From contig JAEOUA010000001.1 in the NCBI GenBank assembly GCA_016839555.1, positions 128,001 through 192,000 of the forward strand: 64,000 bases of DNA, in the 5' to 3' direction. The number at the start of each line of letters is the position of its first letter. Position 1 is the stretch's first letter. The notes beneath the pieces are model-generated. The model was not told the DNA's origin and made no database searches. It saw only the letters and a program-made list of their open reading frames with translations. This document shows positions 21,187-30,308 of the stretch, piece by piece. The position numbers and the translations under genes were made by a program. Source of the stretch: Promethearchaeota archaeon (GTDB lineage: Archaea; Asgardarchaeota; Lokiarchaeia; Sigyniarchaeales; SOKP01).

Positions 21187-21513
21187 AATATCTTTATATC
21201 CACTTCCCTTAATTCCTAAGGTAAAATAAATAGAGCTTATTATTTAAAAAATAATAGTAATTAAAATTTATCCTAATTCTCTACTATTGTATTATGATTT
21301 ATTTCTATTTATACTTATACTTTTCAAAAGATTCTTCCGAAATTAAGGATGCTCCTTCTTAGAGATTTGTCAAATATAACTCATGAGCACAACAGAACTC
21401 CATTAAGAATAATCATTAATAATATAGGATTTTGAAAAAATATGATAATATTAATCTAGAAGTACAATAATTATTAAAACTTTAAAAACTATAAAAATAA
21501 TAAAAAAAAATTA

Positions 21514-22191
21514 ATGATTGAAATGATTCAATTTATTTTCCTTATATTTTTCTTATTCTTTACGAGTTTACATATTATCATAATTGCATTAAAAAAATCA
21601 AAATTAGAGCCTATCATAGTTGTTATTTTTCCATTTTTGATTTTATATTATCTTTTTGGGGCCCCCCTTTCAGAGGTCGATTGGTTAATCGTTTTTGGCC
21701 TCATATGCGGGTTGCTCGCAAATTTATTTTTCGTGTCTCATGAAAATGAGAGTATGTTTCTTAATGGAATTATAGTGCGTCTTGTGGGAAATTTTTTCTA
21801 TATTCTTTCTTTTACTCAGTCATTTATCAATTTTTCCGGATTTCATTTATGGAAATTATTTTTATTAATTCCAGGAGTTATTATAATTCTATTTACTTAT
21901 ATAAGAATAAAGGGAGAAATGCAGCTGATGCAATTAGCGATGATAATTTATATGGGGGTTATAATGGTTATGTATGTATGCTCAGTATTGAGATTACCTT
22001 CTTCAGCAGGATTAGATTATTGGCTGGTATGGATAGGCACCACTATTTATATGATATCTTCTGGAATAATCGCAATAGACACGTTAGATGAGAAAATACC
22101 ATTTACTGGGGTATATATTTTGTCAACTTACTTTTTAGCGCTGTTTTTGATAGTTCAAGGATACATATTTTATGGAATATCTTCGATTTAA
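21514..22191 (+). CDS. YhhN/TMEM86-like membrane protein, degenerate copy
   Basis: Aligns along its length with 22299..22964, but GD>AN, H>N and SD>SS at the conserved sites. Confidence 0.8.
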   Translation: MIEMIQFIFLIFFLFFTSLHIIIIALKKSKLEPIIVVIFPFLILYYLFGAPLSEVDWLIVFGLICGLLANLFFVSHENESMFLNGIIVRLVGNFFYILSFTQSFINFSGFHLWKLFLLIPGVIIILFTYIRIKGEMQLMQLAMIIYMGVIMVMYVCSVLRLPSSAGLDYWLVWIGTTIYMISSGIIAIDTLDEKIPFTGVYILSTYFLALFLIVQGYIFYGISSI

Positions 22192-22298
22192 TTTTATTTT
22201 TTAATGTTGCTTAAGGTGTATTTAAATATTATAAGGTCTTATTTAAGATATTATCTGAATTTGATAGAATAAATTAAGATAACTATGGATGATTTTAA

Positions 22299-22964
22299 AT
22301 GATTCAATATATCTTTTTGGCACTCTTTTTTATTGTGTATACTGTGCATGTTTTTAATGAAATAATTGATAAAAAGACAATCCGCTATATCACTAAACCC
22401 CTACTTATGCCGCTTATTATTCTATATTACATTTTTGGAGTAGGATTTCAATCTATATATTGGCTTTTGATAATAGCTCTAGTGTTCGGGTGGTTAGGAG
22501 ACATATTTTTAATGTTGGGTCATGAAGGAAACTGGTTTATGCTAGGACTTGGCTCATTCTTAATTGGACATATTTTCTATATTATCCTTTATCTCCTTAT
22601 CAATGAAAATATTCTCATGTTTCCTCTTTGGGGCTTATTGTTATTGATTCCCTTAATTTTTCTTGCACTTTTCTTTTACTTGAGAATTCATGGCAAAATG
22701 GAAGAACTAACTATTCCAACAATAATTTACATCATTACTATATTCTCAATGAGCGTATGTGCATCATTATTATTGTCAACTTTCAATCTTATTTCATTTC
22801 TATTCGTATATCTAGGGCCTATATTGTTCATGATTTCTGATGGAATGATTGCATTAAATAAATTCAATAAGCCTATACAAGATAGTGGGGTTTATATAAT
22901 GTTCACCTATGGATTGGCCCAATTCTTTATTGCTCAAGGAATTTTATTATCTCAAATCTTATAA
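22299..22964 (+). CDS. YhhN/TMEM86 lysoplasmalogenase-family protein
   Basis: TKPLLMP, WLGDIFL, FLIGHIFY, FMISDGMIA, TYGLAQ. Confidence 0.9.
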   Translation: MIQYIFLALFFIVYTVHVFNEIIDKKTIRYITKPLLMPLIILYYIFGVGFQSIYWLLIIALVFGWLGDIFLMLGHEGNWFMLGLGSFLIGHIFYIILYLLINENILMFPLWGLLLLIPLIFLALFFYLRIHGKMEELTIPTIIYIITIFSMSVCASLLLSTFNLISFLFVYLGPILFMISDGMIALNKFNKPIQDSGVYIMFTYGLAQFFIAQGILLSQIL

Positions 22965-23224
22965 CTCTTTTTTTTATTTTTTAATGAACCCTAATTAAAT
23001 AGTTACGAAAGAAATAGACTAATTTAAAACATATATAGTAATTTTTAGAGTTGTTAAAATCGAGAAAGGATATATTTTCATGGCTCTATATTGATAATAT
23101 AGAATACTAAAGTTTAATTGATTCAACTAATTTATAAATAATACAATAATAGTAAAAATTGGAAGATACAAAGAAACTTTAAATAAATACTGCAAAAATA
23201 TAAAAATTCAAACTGATCCCAAAA

Positions 23225-23437
23225 ATGCTTGAAGAAGATGAAAAATTATATGAAGAAATAGAACAGATGACAATTTTTGTTAGAATCTCTGCACCACATA
23301 AATATAAGCAGAAGCATGATTCCCAAAAAATTCTAAATACGTTAAAGGAGCGATTAGAATTCTTAGAAACCCTCCAAGAAGAAATAAATACATTAGAAGC
23401 ACAAATACAAGATTTAAAAGTGTCTAAGAAAACCTAA
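23225..23437 (+). CDS. Small hypothetical protein with coiled-coil C-terminus
   Basis: 70-aa ATG ORF filling an intergenic gap, with typical composition. Confidence 0.6.
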   Translation: MLEEDEKLYEEIEQMTIFVRISAPHKYKQKHDSQKILNTLKERLEFLETLQEEINTLEAQIQDLKVSKKT

Positions 23438-23494
23438 GTGCTAAAATATTCTATTATTTTTAAAAATCCTTAATATACATTATATTCAAATTAA

Positions 23495-23597
23495 GCCTCT
23501 GTAGCTCAGTCGGTAGAGCGTTGCCTTGGTAATATCTGAGATTACTCTCAGATAAGCAATTAGGCAAAGGTCGCGGGATCATGTCCCGCCAGGGGCT
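23495..23597 (+). tRNA. tRNA-Thr(GGT) with 30-nt intron at 37/38 (23532-23561)
   Basis: Acceptor GCCTCTG/CAGGGGC, D stem GCTC/GAGC, anticodon stem TTGCC/GGCAA, T stem GCGGG/CCCGC. Intron hairpin TATCTGAG/CTCAGATA. Confidence 0.9.
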
Positions 23598-23636
23598 CTC
23601 TTTTATTAAATCTATAGAGAATATATTCAATATGAA

Positions 23637-24395
23637 TTATATTTCCAATTTTATTAAATCTTTTCCGATTATAATATCATTTTTAAATATATTTTCTGCT
23701 TGTTGTTTCATTATAGGAATTTGATTTTCAAAAACCGGTGAAATATGAACTAATATGAGTTTTTTAGAATTAGATTTTTTTGCAATCGTCGCTGCATCAG
23801 AAGAAGTACAATGACCATGTTTATGAGCAAATCGCTGAAGTTTATCCGGAAAAGTAGCCTCACATATTAGTATATCTGAGCCTTTTGCTAAATTTATAAT
23901 CTTTTGATTTGGTTTTGTATCGCCTGTATATGTTATGACCGACTTACTATCTTTAATTCGATATGCATAGGCGGGAAATATATGCTCTACTTTTATTGAT
24001 CTGATGGTATAATTAGTGTTTATCTCTTGAATTTTTTCCGAATCTTCCAATTCAGTATATTGAATTCTAAGACTTCCCAATTTTTCTGGAGTATGAGCAA
24101 GTTTCAATATTAATTTGATAGTGTTTTCAGTATTTGGAGGACCTATAATTTGCAATTTTTTTGATATCCCACTAATCCAATAATACCAAATAAGGGAGAT
24201 AATTCCCATAAAATGATCATTATGTAAATGAGTTAGACAAATGATTTCGATAGAATCAATCACTCCTAACTGTTGTAGTTTCTGAGTAGTTCCTTCTCCA
24301 CAATCCAGCAATAAATCATCATTAATAAGGAATGCGGGATACGACCTTGATTTCGAAATGATGGAGCCTGATGTTCCGATTAATATTAACCTCAT
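23637..24395 (-). CDS. MBL-fold hydrolase, RNase Z-like
   Basis: IGTSGS, LLDCGEG, THLHNDH, YTGDT, CEATF, HGHCT, LVHIS. Confidence 0.85.
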   Translation of the reverse strand: MRLILIGTSGSIISKSRSYPAFLINDDLLLDCGEGTTQKLQQLGVIDSIEIICLTHLHNDHFMGIISLIWYYWISGISKKLQIIGPPNTENTIKLILKLAHTPEKLGSLRIQYTELEDSEKIQEINTNYTIRSIKVEHIFPAYAYRIKDSKSVITYTGDTKPNQKIINLAKGSDILICEATFPDKLQRFAHKHGHCTSSDAATIAKKSNSKKLILVHISPVFENQIPIMKQQAENIFKNDIIIGKDLIKLEI

Positions 24396-24544
24396 TTTAA
24401 GTTCAGATAATAATTTAAGAAACGTTCTCTCTACTTTAAGAAAATTAAGATATAACTTATTTTTAACTGATTATCTTAATTTGAGATATAAAATTATTAA
24501 AAGAAATTAATAAATAAAATATAAAAAAAAATATCAAAAAAAAA

Positions 24545-24850
24545 TTAAATAAAAGATTTTTTCGACTTCCAAGTTAATATTATTACACCTATTCCAAAAC
24601 TAGTTAGTAGTAGGAATATGCCATAACCGGGAATTTGTTCTGACGAGGTGGATGGAAGAAACAGAGGGAATGAAAAGGCATTTGTGGTACCGGGTTGAAT
24701 CGATAACACAGTCGCATAGATACCATATCCACTGAGGTCTTGTAAATTACTTTCCCATGTAACGGCGAAAGTATTGTTGGAGAGTGCGCATATGGAAGGA
24801 TGCTATTGATTGTTTGTCCAATATTTGTTCACCCGAAATTCCGCTGTGAT
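24545..24850 (-). pseudogene. Remnant of a surface protein: EFRVN-type beta-repeat plus IPGY-TM-basic C-terminal sorting tail, with in-frame TAG
   Basis: Manual translation: ITAEFRVNKYWTNNQ*HPSICALSNNTFAVTWESNLQDLSGYGIYATV...SSEQIPGYGIFLLLTSFGIGVIILTWKSKKSFI*. TAG at 24803-24805; no signal peptide. Confidence 0.75.
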
Positions 24851-25045
24851 TTTTTTTAAATTATGTTTAACGATATTTTCAAATCCTATCACAAATTACA
24901 TAATTTATATTTTATTTAGCATTAACTTTTAATAATCAGTGTAATTCTAAACCTATTTTAAGTTATGATTAAATAGTATAAAATAATAAAAAATAAGAAT
25001 AATCTTTCTTAATCTAAAATAGAGGTTTAGTATAATAATACCTGA

Positions 25046-25175
25046 GCCGGCGTGGCTTAGCTGGTTATAAAGCGCCTTCAAGCTTGGCTACAGCGCCAGA
25101 CTCATAATCCTACTGAAATAATGGGTCAGACTGGATGTAATCTGGAGGTCGTGGGCTCGTATCCCACCGCCGGCA
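25046..25175 (+). tRNA. Elongator tRNA-Met(CAT) with two introns (D-arm about 25069-25091; 37/38 at 25107-25139)
   Basis: Acceptor GCCGGCG/CGCCGGC-A, anticodon stem CCAGA/TCTGG with CT-CAT-A, T stem GTGGG/CCCAC. Two extra segments must be removed to form a cloverleaf. Confidence 0.85.
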
Positions 25176-25288
25176 TTTTTTTATTTCAATCATTTTTCTT
25201 GCTTTTTTATCCAAATATTTATCTTATTTAGAATAATAAATGTCAAATAAGAAAATCTAATTAAAAACAAATGCTTTCTAATTGAGCA

Positions 25289-25573
25289 TTAAAGTTCTTT
25301 AGAAAAATGAGAATTTTCTGTGGATGGTCCATAATCATTTGAGACTCCCTTGATTTGAATGATTTGTTTCACAAAATGAACTCTCTCAAATACATAGGCA
25401 GTTTTCCAAATAAAATAAGTTTTAATCTTTCTCGCTTGGATATCAGTTAACCATTTTTTATAGCATTTTTTTGAGCAAAACCATAATGCATCCTCGGAAA
25501 GTGCTACATTATGATGAACAACCTTTCGAATATTTTTTCTGGAAACAAGCTGCTTACAATATTCACAATACAT
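25289..25573 (-). CDS. Small zinc-finger protein (TRASH / zf-FCS-like)
   Basis: CEYC...WFCSKKC. Confidence 0.7.
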   Translation of the reverse strand: MYCEYCKQLVSRKNIRKVVHHNVALSEDALWFCSKKCYKKWLTDIQARKIKTYFIWKTAYVFERVHFVKQIIQIKGVSNDYGPSTENSHFSKEL

Positions 25574-25755
25574 CCTAAATTTTAACTTATTATACAGATT
25601 TTTTAGTGACTTAATATATCATTTTGCAAACTTATATAAACAAAAAATATTTATGAAAGTTCATCTGCATTTCATATTTAAAAAATCGCATTAGAGTCTT
25701 TTTTCTTTGTAAAAGTAGCATTAATTTTTAAAAAAATAAGGAATGTGCCAAAAAA

Positions 25756-26574
25756 TCAGTTTTTTTGATTATTTTTTACGATCGTGCCACCCGCTCTTTT
25801 TTCAGCTTTTTTTTTAAATTTTAATTGAAATCCAGGTGTGTAATTCATGTATTTTGGAATTGGATATCTTAGTCCTGCTTTATGAGTTGCTTCTAATCCT
25901 TCTAAAACGAGATTTATTTTATCATTAGGGATTGAAATTAAGAGTTCGTTATCTTCCGCCCCACCCCATACACGATCTCCATTTCCTAGAATTATTAATT
26001 GAGGTTCTTTAAGTTGAAATGGTTTGATTACGCCCTCATGGCAAGATCCCATTCTTCCAGCAGCACTAAATGACATAACGCCCCCTTTCATATATAAATA
26101 TGCTTGAATAAAGCGCATAGCCTGCGCTGGATTGCAATAAATTTGAATAACATCAGGGATGATTTTCGTTCTTGTTAATGGGGATATTACCAAACCAATA
26201 TATCCTTTAGGAAGTATATACAAACACTTATCTAATTTTTTCGAAGTCTCAAAATCCTTTGAATAGAGTCCTATATTAAATTGATGCCCCCATTTAGCTG
26301 TTTCCTCTGAAATTAAATCCCAAGAATAAACAATTCTCGCTAATTTACATGCGATATCTTCTTCTGTTATCGCTATAGTCCAACCATAAGATCTTGCCAT
26401 TCGAAAATTTTGACACACGAAATTTTGTAATTTTAAATCTCTTTTTGGTCTTTTTGCGGTTTTAGGAATTTCTGATTCATTTTGTATTAATTTTATGGCA
26501 AGAGGAAAAGTTTCGGGTCTAATATATTTCTCTATTTTTTTTCCATATTCTTTATAAATATTTAATTTTTCCAT
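25756..26574 (-). CDS. DUF169-family protein
   Basis: FPLAIK, FVCQ, PDV...NPAQAM, SC, GDR...E motifs. Confidence 0.85.
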   Translation of the reverse strand: MEKLNIYKEYGKKIEKYIRPETFPLAIKLIQNESEIPKTAKRPKRDLKLQNFVCQNFRMARSYGWTIAITEEDIACKLARIVYSWDLISEETAKWGHQFNIGLYSKDFETSKKLDKCLYILPKGYIGLVISPLTRTKIIPDVIQIYCNPAQAMRFIQAYLYMKGGVMSFSAAGRMGSCHEGVIKPFQLKEPQLIILGNGDRVWGGAEDNELLISIPNDKINLVLEGLEATHKAGLRYPIPKYMNYTPGFQLKFKKKAEKRAGGTIVKNNQKN

Positions 26575-26649
26575 TGGAGATATAATTTTAATTATTCTTT
26601 TAATGAAAATAGGTGAATTTTATATTAAAAAGAATTGCTTATTATATTT

Positions 26650-28212
26650 ATGGAACGATTAAATTCCGAAAAAATTTCTTCCGAACAAATGGCAATATTA
26701 GATAATAATGCTGAGTGGCTTGGACTTCCAAAAGGGTATCTTATGGAATGCGCTGGTTATTCTTTTGCGACTGAAATTGTTAAGCGATATGATTTAAATG
26801 AAAATTCAAAAGTTTTAATATTCTGTGGAACGGGAAATAACGGTGGGGATGGTTTTGTTGTTGCTCGCCATTTGTCTTCATTCCATGTTAAATCAAAAGT
26901 TATATTATTAGGAAATCCAATGAAAATCAGAAGTGAGGAAGCAAATTTAAACTGGAATATTATTTCGAATTCTTTAACCTACATGATTGAAACTTCAATT
27001 ATTAATGACTCCACAGATATAGTTAATCTTGGAATATTAATTGACAAAGAACGCCCCGATTATAAATTAATTATTGATGGGTTATTAGGTACAGGTATTA
27101 GAGGAAAAGTCAGAGAACCGGTTGCAACTGCTATAGATTTTATAAATGAAGTGCGAACGCACCAAAAAATTCCCGTAGCGTCTATTGATGTTCCTTCTGG
27201 ACTAGATCCCGATACGGGAGAAGCTGCTGATAAAGCAGTGAAAGCAGATTTGGTAATAACTTTTCATAGAAATAAAAAGGGAATGAAAGTTGATAATGAA
27301 TATATTTCCGAGATTATAGTAAAACCAATTGGCATCCCCACAGAAGCGAAATTATTTCTGGGCAGAGGAGATTTTCTTAACGCATTAAAATATCGAAAGA
27401 AAGATTTTCATAAAGGACAATTTGGGAGGATGCTTGTTATTGGAGGATCTAAAAACTATTCGGGCGCTCCTGCCTTTTCTTCTCTAACAGGAATTAAATT
27501 TGGGCTTGATTTAGTAATAACCTATACTCCTCAAGTAATTGCTGATGTATTAAGATCATATTCTCCAAACATGATTGTACGTTCATATAAAGGAGATTGG
27601 TTAAATATGGATTCATTTGAAGAAATTGCATGGTTAATTGATTGGGCAAATGCGATCCTAATTGGTCCTGGAATGGGAGAAAAACCAGAGACAGAGGAAT
27701 TATTAGTTAATCTCTTAAAAAAGATTAAGGCAGAGCAAAAAAGTTTTGTACTTGATGCTGATGCGCTTAAATTAGTAAAAAATCATTTAAATTTATTAAA
27801 AGGGCAATCATGCATTTTAACTCCTCATGAAGGAGAGTTTAAAATAATGACAGAGATAGATCTTCCCCCATATGAGCAGATCAAAAAAAGAGGAAATAAA
27901 ATTTCTGAAATTGCAAAAGATTTAGAATTAACACTTTTAGTGAAAGGTCCTTATGATTATATAACCAATGGAACGATTCTAAAAATAAATAGAACCGGAT
28001 GTCCTGAAATGGCAGTAGGAGGAACAGGTGATGTTCTAGCTGGGTTGTGTAGTGCCTTTTTAGCTACGGAAAATTCTCCATATTTGTCTGCTTGTTCCGC
28101 AGCCTTTCTAAATGGTTATCTTGGAGAATATTGTAAGGAAAAAATAGGACCTAGATTCAATGCATTAGACATGGTTTATAATCTTAATGATGCAATTCTA
28201 AAGCTAAGATAA
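26650..28212 (+). CDS. nnr: Bifunctional NAD(P)H-hydrate epimerase/dehydratase
   Basis: LMECAG, GTGNNGGDG, SIDVPSG, HKGQFG, YSGAP, LDADAL, TPHEGEF, GGTGDVLAG. ATG at 26650 is preferred over TTG at 26635. Confidence 0.95.
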   Translation: MERLNSEKISSEQMAILDNNAEWLGLPKGYLMECAGYSFATEIVKRYDLNENSKVLIFCGTGNNGGDGFVVARHLSSFHVKSKVILLGNPMKIRSEEANLNWNIISNSLTYMIETSIINDSTDIVNLGILIDKERPDYKLIIDGLLGTGIRGKVREPVATAIDFINEVRTHQKIPVASIDVPSGLDPDTGEAADKAVKADLVITFHRNKKGMKVDNEYISEIIVKPIGIPTEAKLFLGRGDFLNALKYRKKDFHKGQFGRMLVIGGSKNYSGAPAFSSLTGIKFGLDLVITYTPQVIADVLRSYSPNMIVRSYKGDWLNMDSFEEIAWLIDWANAILIGPGMGEKPETEELLVNLLKKIKAEQKSFVLDADALKLVKNHLNLLKGQSCILTPHEGEFKIMTEIDLPPYEQIKKRGNKISEIAKDLELTLLVKGPYDYITNGTILKINRTGCPEMAVGGTGDVLAGLCSAFLATENSPYLSACSAAFLNGYLGEYCKEKIGPRFNALDMVYNLNDAILKLR

Positions 28213-28378
28213 TTTTTCTTTTTACTACATTTTTAATCTAAGAGTATATTATTGATTTAAGTATTAAGGATACTTTTTTATATTAGAAGTCTATTATTTA
28301 TTTATTAGAGTTTTTATAATTTTATCATTTTAAAATAGAATATATTAATATTAAGTATTAAGAATAAAATTCAAGAAA

Positions 28379-29176
28379 ATGCAGGTATTTAAGATAAATG
28401 ACGATGGAACAACCACAGAACTAAAATCTAAAGGTCCAGTAAAAGATATTCTAGAAGAATCAGAATGTTATGTGCTTGTTGCAGACGGAATAAAAAAAGT
28501 ATATCTCTGGAAAGGACAGCAAAGTAGCGTTCGAAAAAAATTCATTGGTGCAAAAAGATCTCAGGAAATACGAGGACAAGTTGGCATGCATTACGCAGTC
28601 ACACCATTAGATCAAGGGGATGAGGATCTTGAATTTATTAAGCTTATTGGAGGCAAAACTACCGAAGGAATAGCTAAGGGTATTGATGAAAGCGACTTGG
28701 ATGAAAGGGCTACTGCTCCTATATCGAAATCTTCCTCTCCGCCAAGGATTAGCAGCTCCGGCGGAAATCAAGGACCTTTATACAGAGGAGCAGGATCTAT
28801 GCAAACCTTCACTGCAGATCAAACACAAATAGATTTTGAGAAAATTATGGAAAAATTAGACGAATCTGAATTGCCTCCTGGATTTGAAAGAGAATTAATT
28901 ATCATAGGCAACCATGCATATTCCGTAGTTGAAAAGGTCCAAACATTTTTAGGCAAAAAGCAAGTGGAAAAAGTGATGGAAAAAGTAGGAACTATCCCAG
29001 AGGGAATATTTTTTGCAAAGGATTATACACCAAGAATTTTCTCTGAAAATGGAAAAATAATGGCAATTGAATTTTTAAAACAAGTAGGGGGCGGTGCTAA
29101 TCCTTCGAAACAAATAAATAGAAAAAAAACGCTTGATGATCAAATAAAAAGCCAACTCATCAAGAAAAAGAAATAA
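28379..29176 (+). CDS. Single gelsolin-domain protein with a second C-terminal domain (Asgard 1DGelX-like)
   Basis: ECYVLV...KVYLWKGQQSSVRKKFIGAK...DQGDED.EF gelsolin signature, then a Ser/Pro linker and a second globular domain. Confidence 0.85.
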   Translation: MQVFKINDDGTTTELKSKGPVKDILEESECYVLVADGIKKVYLWKGQQSSVRKKFIGAKRSQEIRGQVGMHYAVTPLDQGDEDLEFIKLIGGKTTEGIAKGIDESDLDERATAPISKSSSPPRISSSGGNQGPLYRGAGSMQTFTADQTQIDFEKIMEKLDESELPPGFERELIIIGNHAYSVVEKVQTFLGKKQVEKVMEKVGTIPEGIFFAKDYTPRIFSENGKIMAIEFLKQVGGGANPSKQINRKKTLDDQIKSQLIKKKK

Positions 29177-29195
29177 ATGATCTGTGAGGTTCATT

Positions 29196-29585
29196 ATGTC
29201 TTTAACACCTGAAGAAGCAGAAGGCTTATCGAAGTTTTTAGGGAGTATCACAGAGCATTCTGAATTAGAGGCATTAGCATTAATTACTCGTGAGGGGTTG
29301 AGATTAGCTTTTTCTTCTGTACCTGGATATAATATTGATCCCGATTTATTTTCAAGCTTAAGTGCAGTGGTAGTCCAGTCGAGCACTGATGCCATTTCTA
29401 CTTTAGGTTATCATGACATGCTTGAAACCATTATACGCGGTGAAAATGCTTTCATTATCTTGAGTGATGCCGGAAGATTTTTATTAATGGGAGCTAGCCG
29501 CAAAATAGAAGACCTCGGGAAAATCGTATCAGTATTTCGCTATTATTCCGGTGAGATTCGTAAAAGATATCCTAAAATCGAATAA
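29196..29585 (+). CDS. Roadblock/LC7 (MglB-like) protein
   Basis: ALALITREGLRLA, DLFSSLSA, ETIIRGENAFIIL, LGKI. ATG at 29196 follows GTGAGG. Confidence 0.85.
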   Translation: MSLTPEEAEGLSKFLGSITEHSELEALALITREGLRLAFSSVPGYNIDPDLFSSLSAVVVQSSTDAISTLGYHDMLETIIRGENAFIILSDAGRFLLMGASRKIEDLGKIVSVFRYYSGEIRKRYPKIE

Positions 29586-29824
29586 GCTCTAAAAATTACT
29601 CATATTTATCTAATTCTTAGAATATTATAATATTTTTTATTTAACTTCATCATTTTGCTTTATAAATAATATAGATCTGAGTTTCTTAATAAAATTCAAG
29701 AGAAATATAGAGCATAAATTTTTATCATCTTAAGCTTTTCATATATTCTCTTATGGAAGAGATTTATATTTACGTACTTCATTAATATTTATAACAGATA
29801 ATTATTAATCATTATTGATAATCA

Positions 29825-30226
29825 ATGAAAGATGTGAGGATTGTTACATTTGATAATCGAGGACGTTTAGTGGTACCTAAAATAATACGAAAAAGCCTTG
29901 GATTAACAGAAGATACCCAATTAATGATGGTTGCCGATTCAGAAAGTAAAGAAATTCGGATCACTCCCGTAGCATTTGATTCAAGACAAAAACCCATAAA
30001 ATTAAAAATTAAAATTCAGGATGCACCAGGGAGCTTAGCAAAAATTGCTTCCACGTTCGGAAAATTAGGGATATCTTTAATGTATGGTGAATCTGCTGTG
30101 TTGGAGAAAGATAAAACAGCTATATGGACCGTTATCAGCCCTACTCCAAATATTTCTTTAGAGGAACTTAAAGAAAAGTTGATGAAAGAAGGAGGGGCGA
30201 TTGATATAGAAATAATATCACTTTAA
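29825..30226 (+). CDS. AbrB/MazE-type DNA-binding domain fused to ACT domain
   Basis: DNRGRLVVPKIIRKSLGL (AbrB) followed by IQDAPGSLAKIASTFGKLGISL (ACT). Confidence 0.88.
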   Translation: MKDVRIVTFDNRGRLVVPKIIRKSLGLTEDTQLMMVADSESKEIRITPVAFDSRQKPIKLKIKIQDAPGSLAKIASTFGKLGISLMYGESAVLEKDKTAIWTVISPTPNISLEELKEKLMKEGGAIDIEIISL

Positions 30227-30308
30227 TTAATAAGAATATTAGATAAACAAATTTATAAGAAGTTTTCTTTTTAATTATAATAATAATTTATATATTTTGT
30301 TGAGAATT

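Noticed and set aside
24803-24805. In-frame TAG as pyrrolysine recoding
   Set aside because: TAG ends many intact genes here (e.g. 30992, 34866, 35511, 40105, 52852), the ORF also lacks its N-terminus, and no pyl genes are in the window.
25046-25175. tRNA(CAT) as initiator Met or Ile2
   Set aside because: The acceptor begins GCC (not A1-U72) and the anticodon stem lacks the three consecutive G-C pairs of initiators. The pattern fits elongator Met, though Ile2 is not formally excluded.
23495-25175. Integrated mobile element at the tRNAs
   Set aside because: No integrase, transposase or duplicated tRNA 3' end was noticed.
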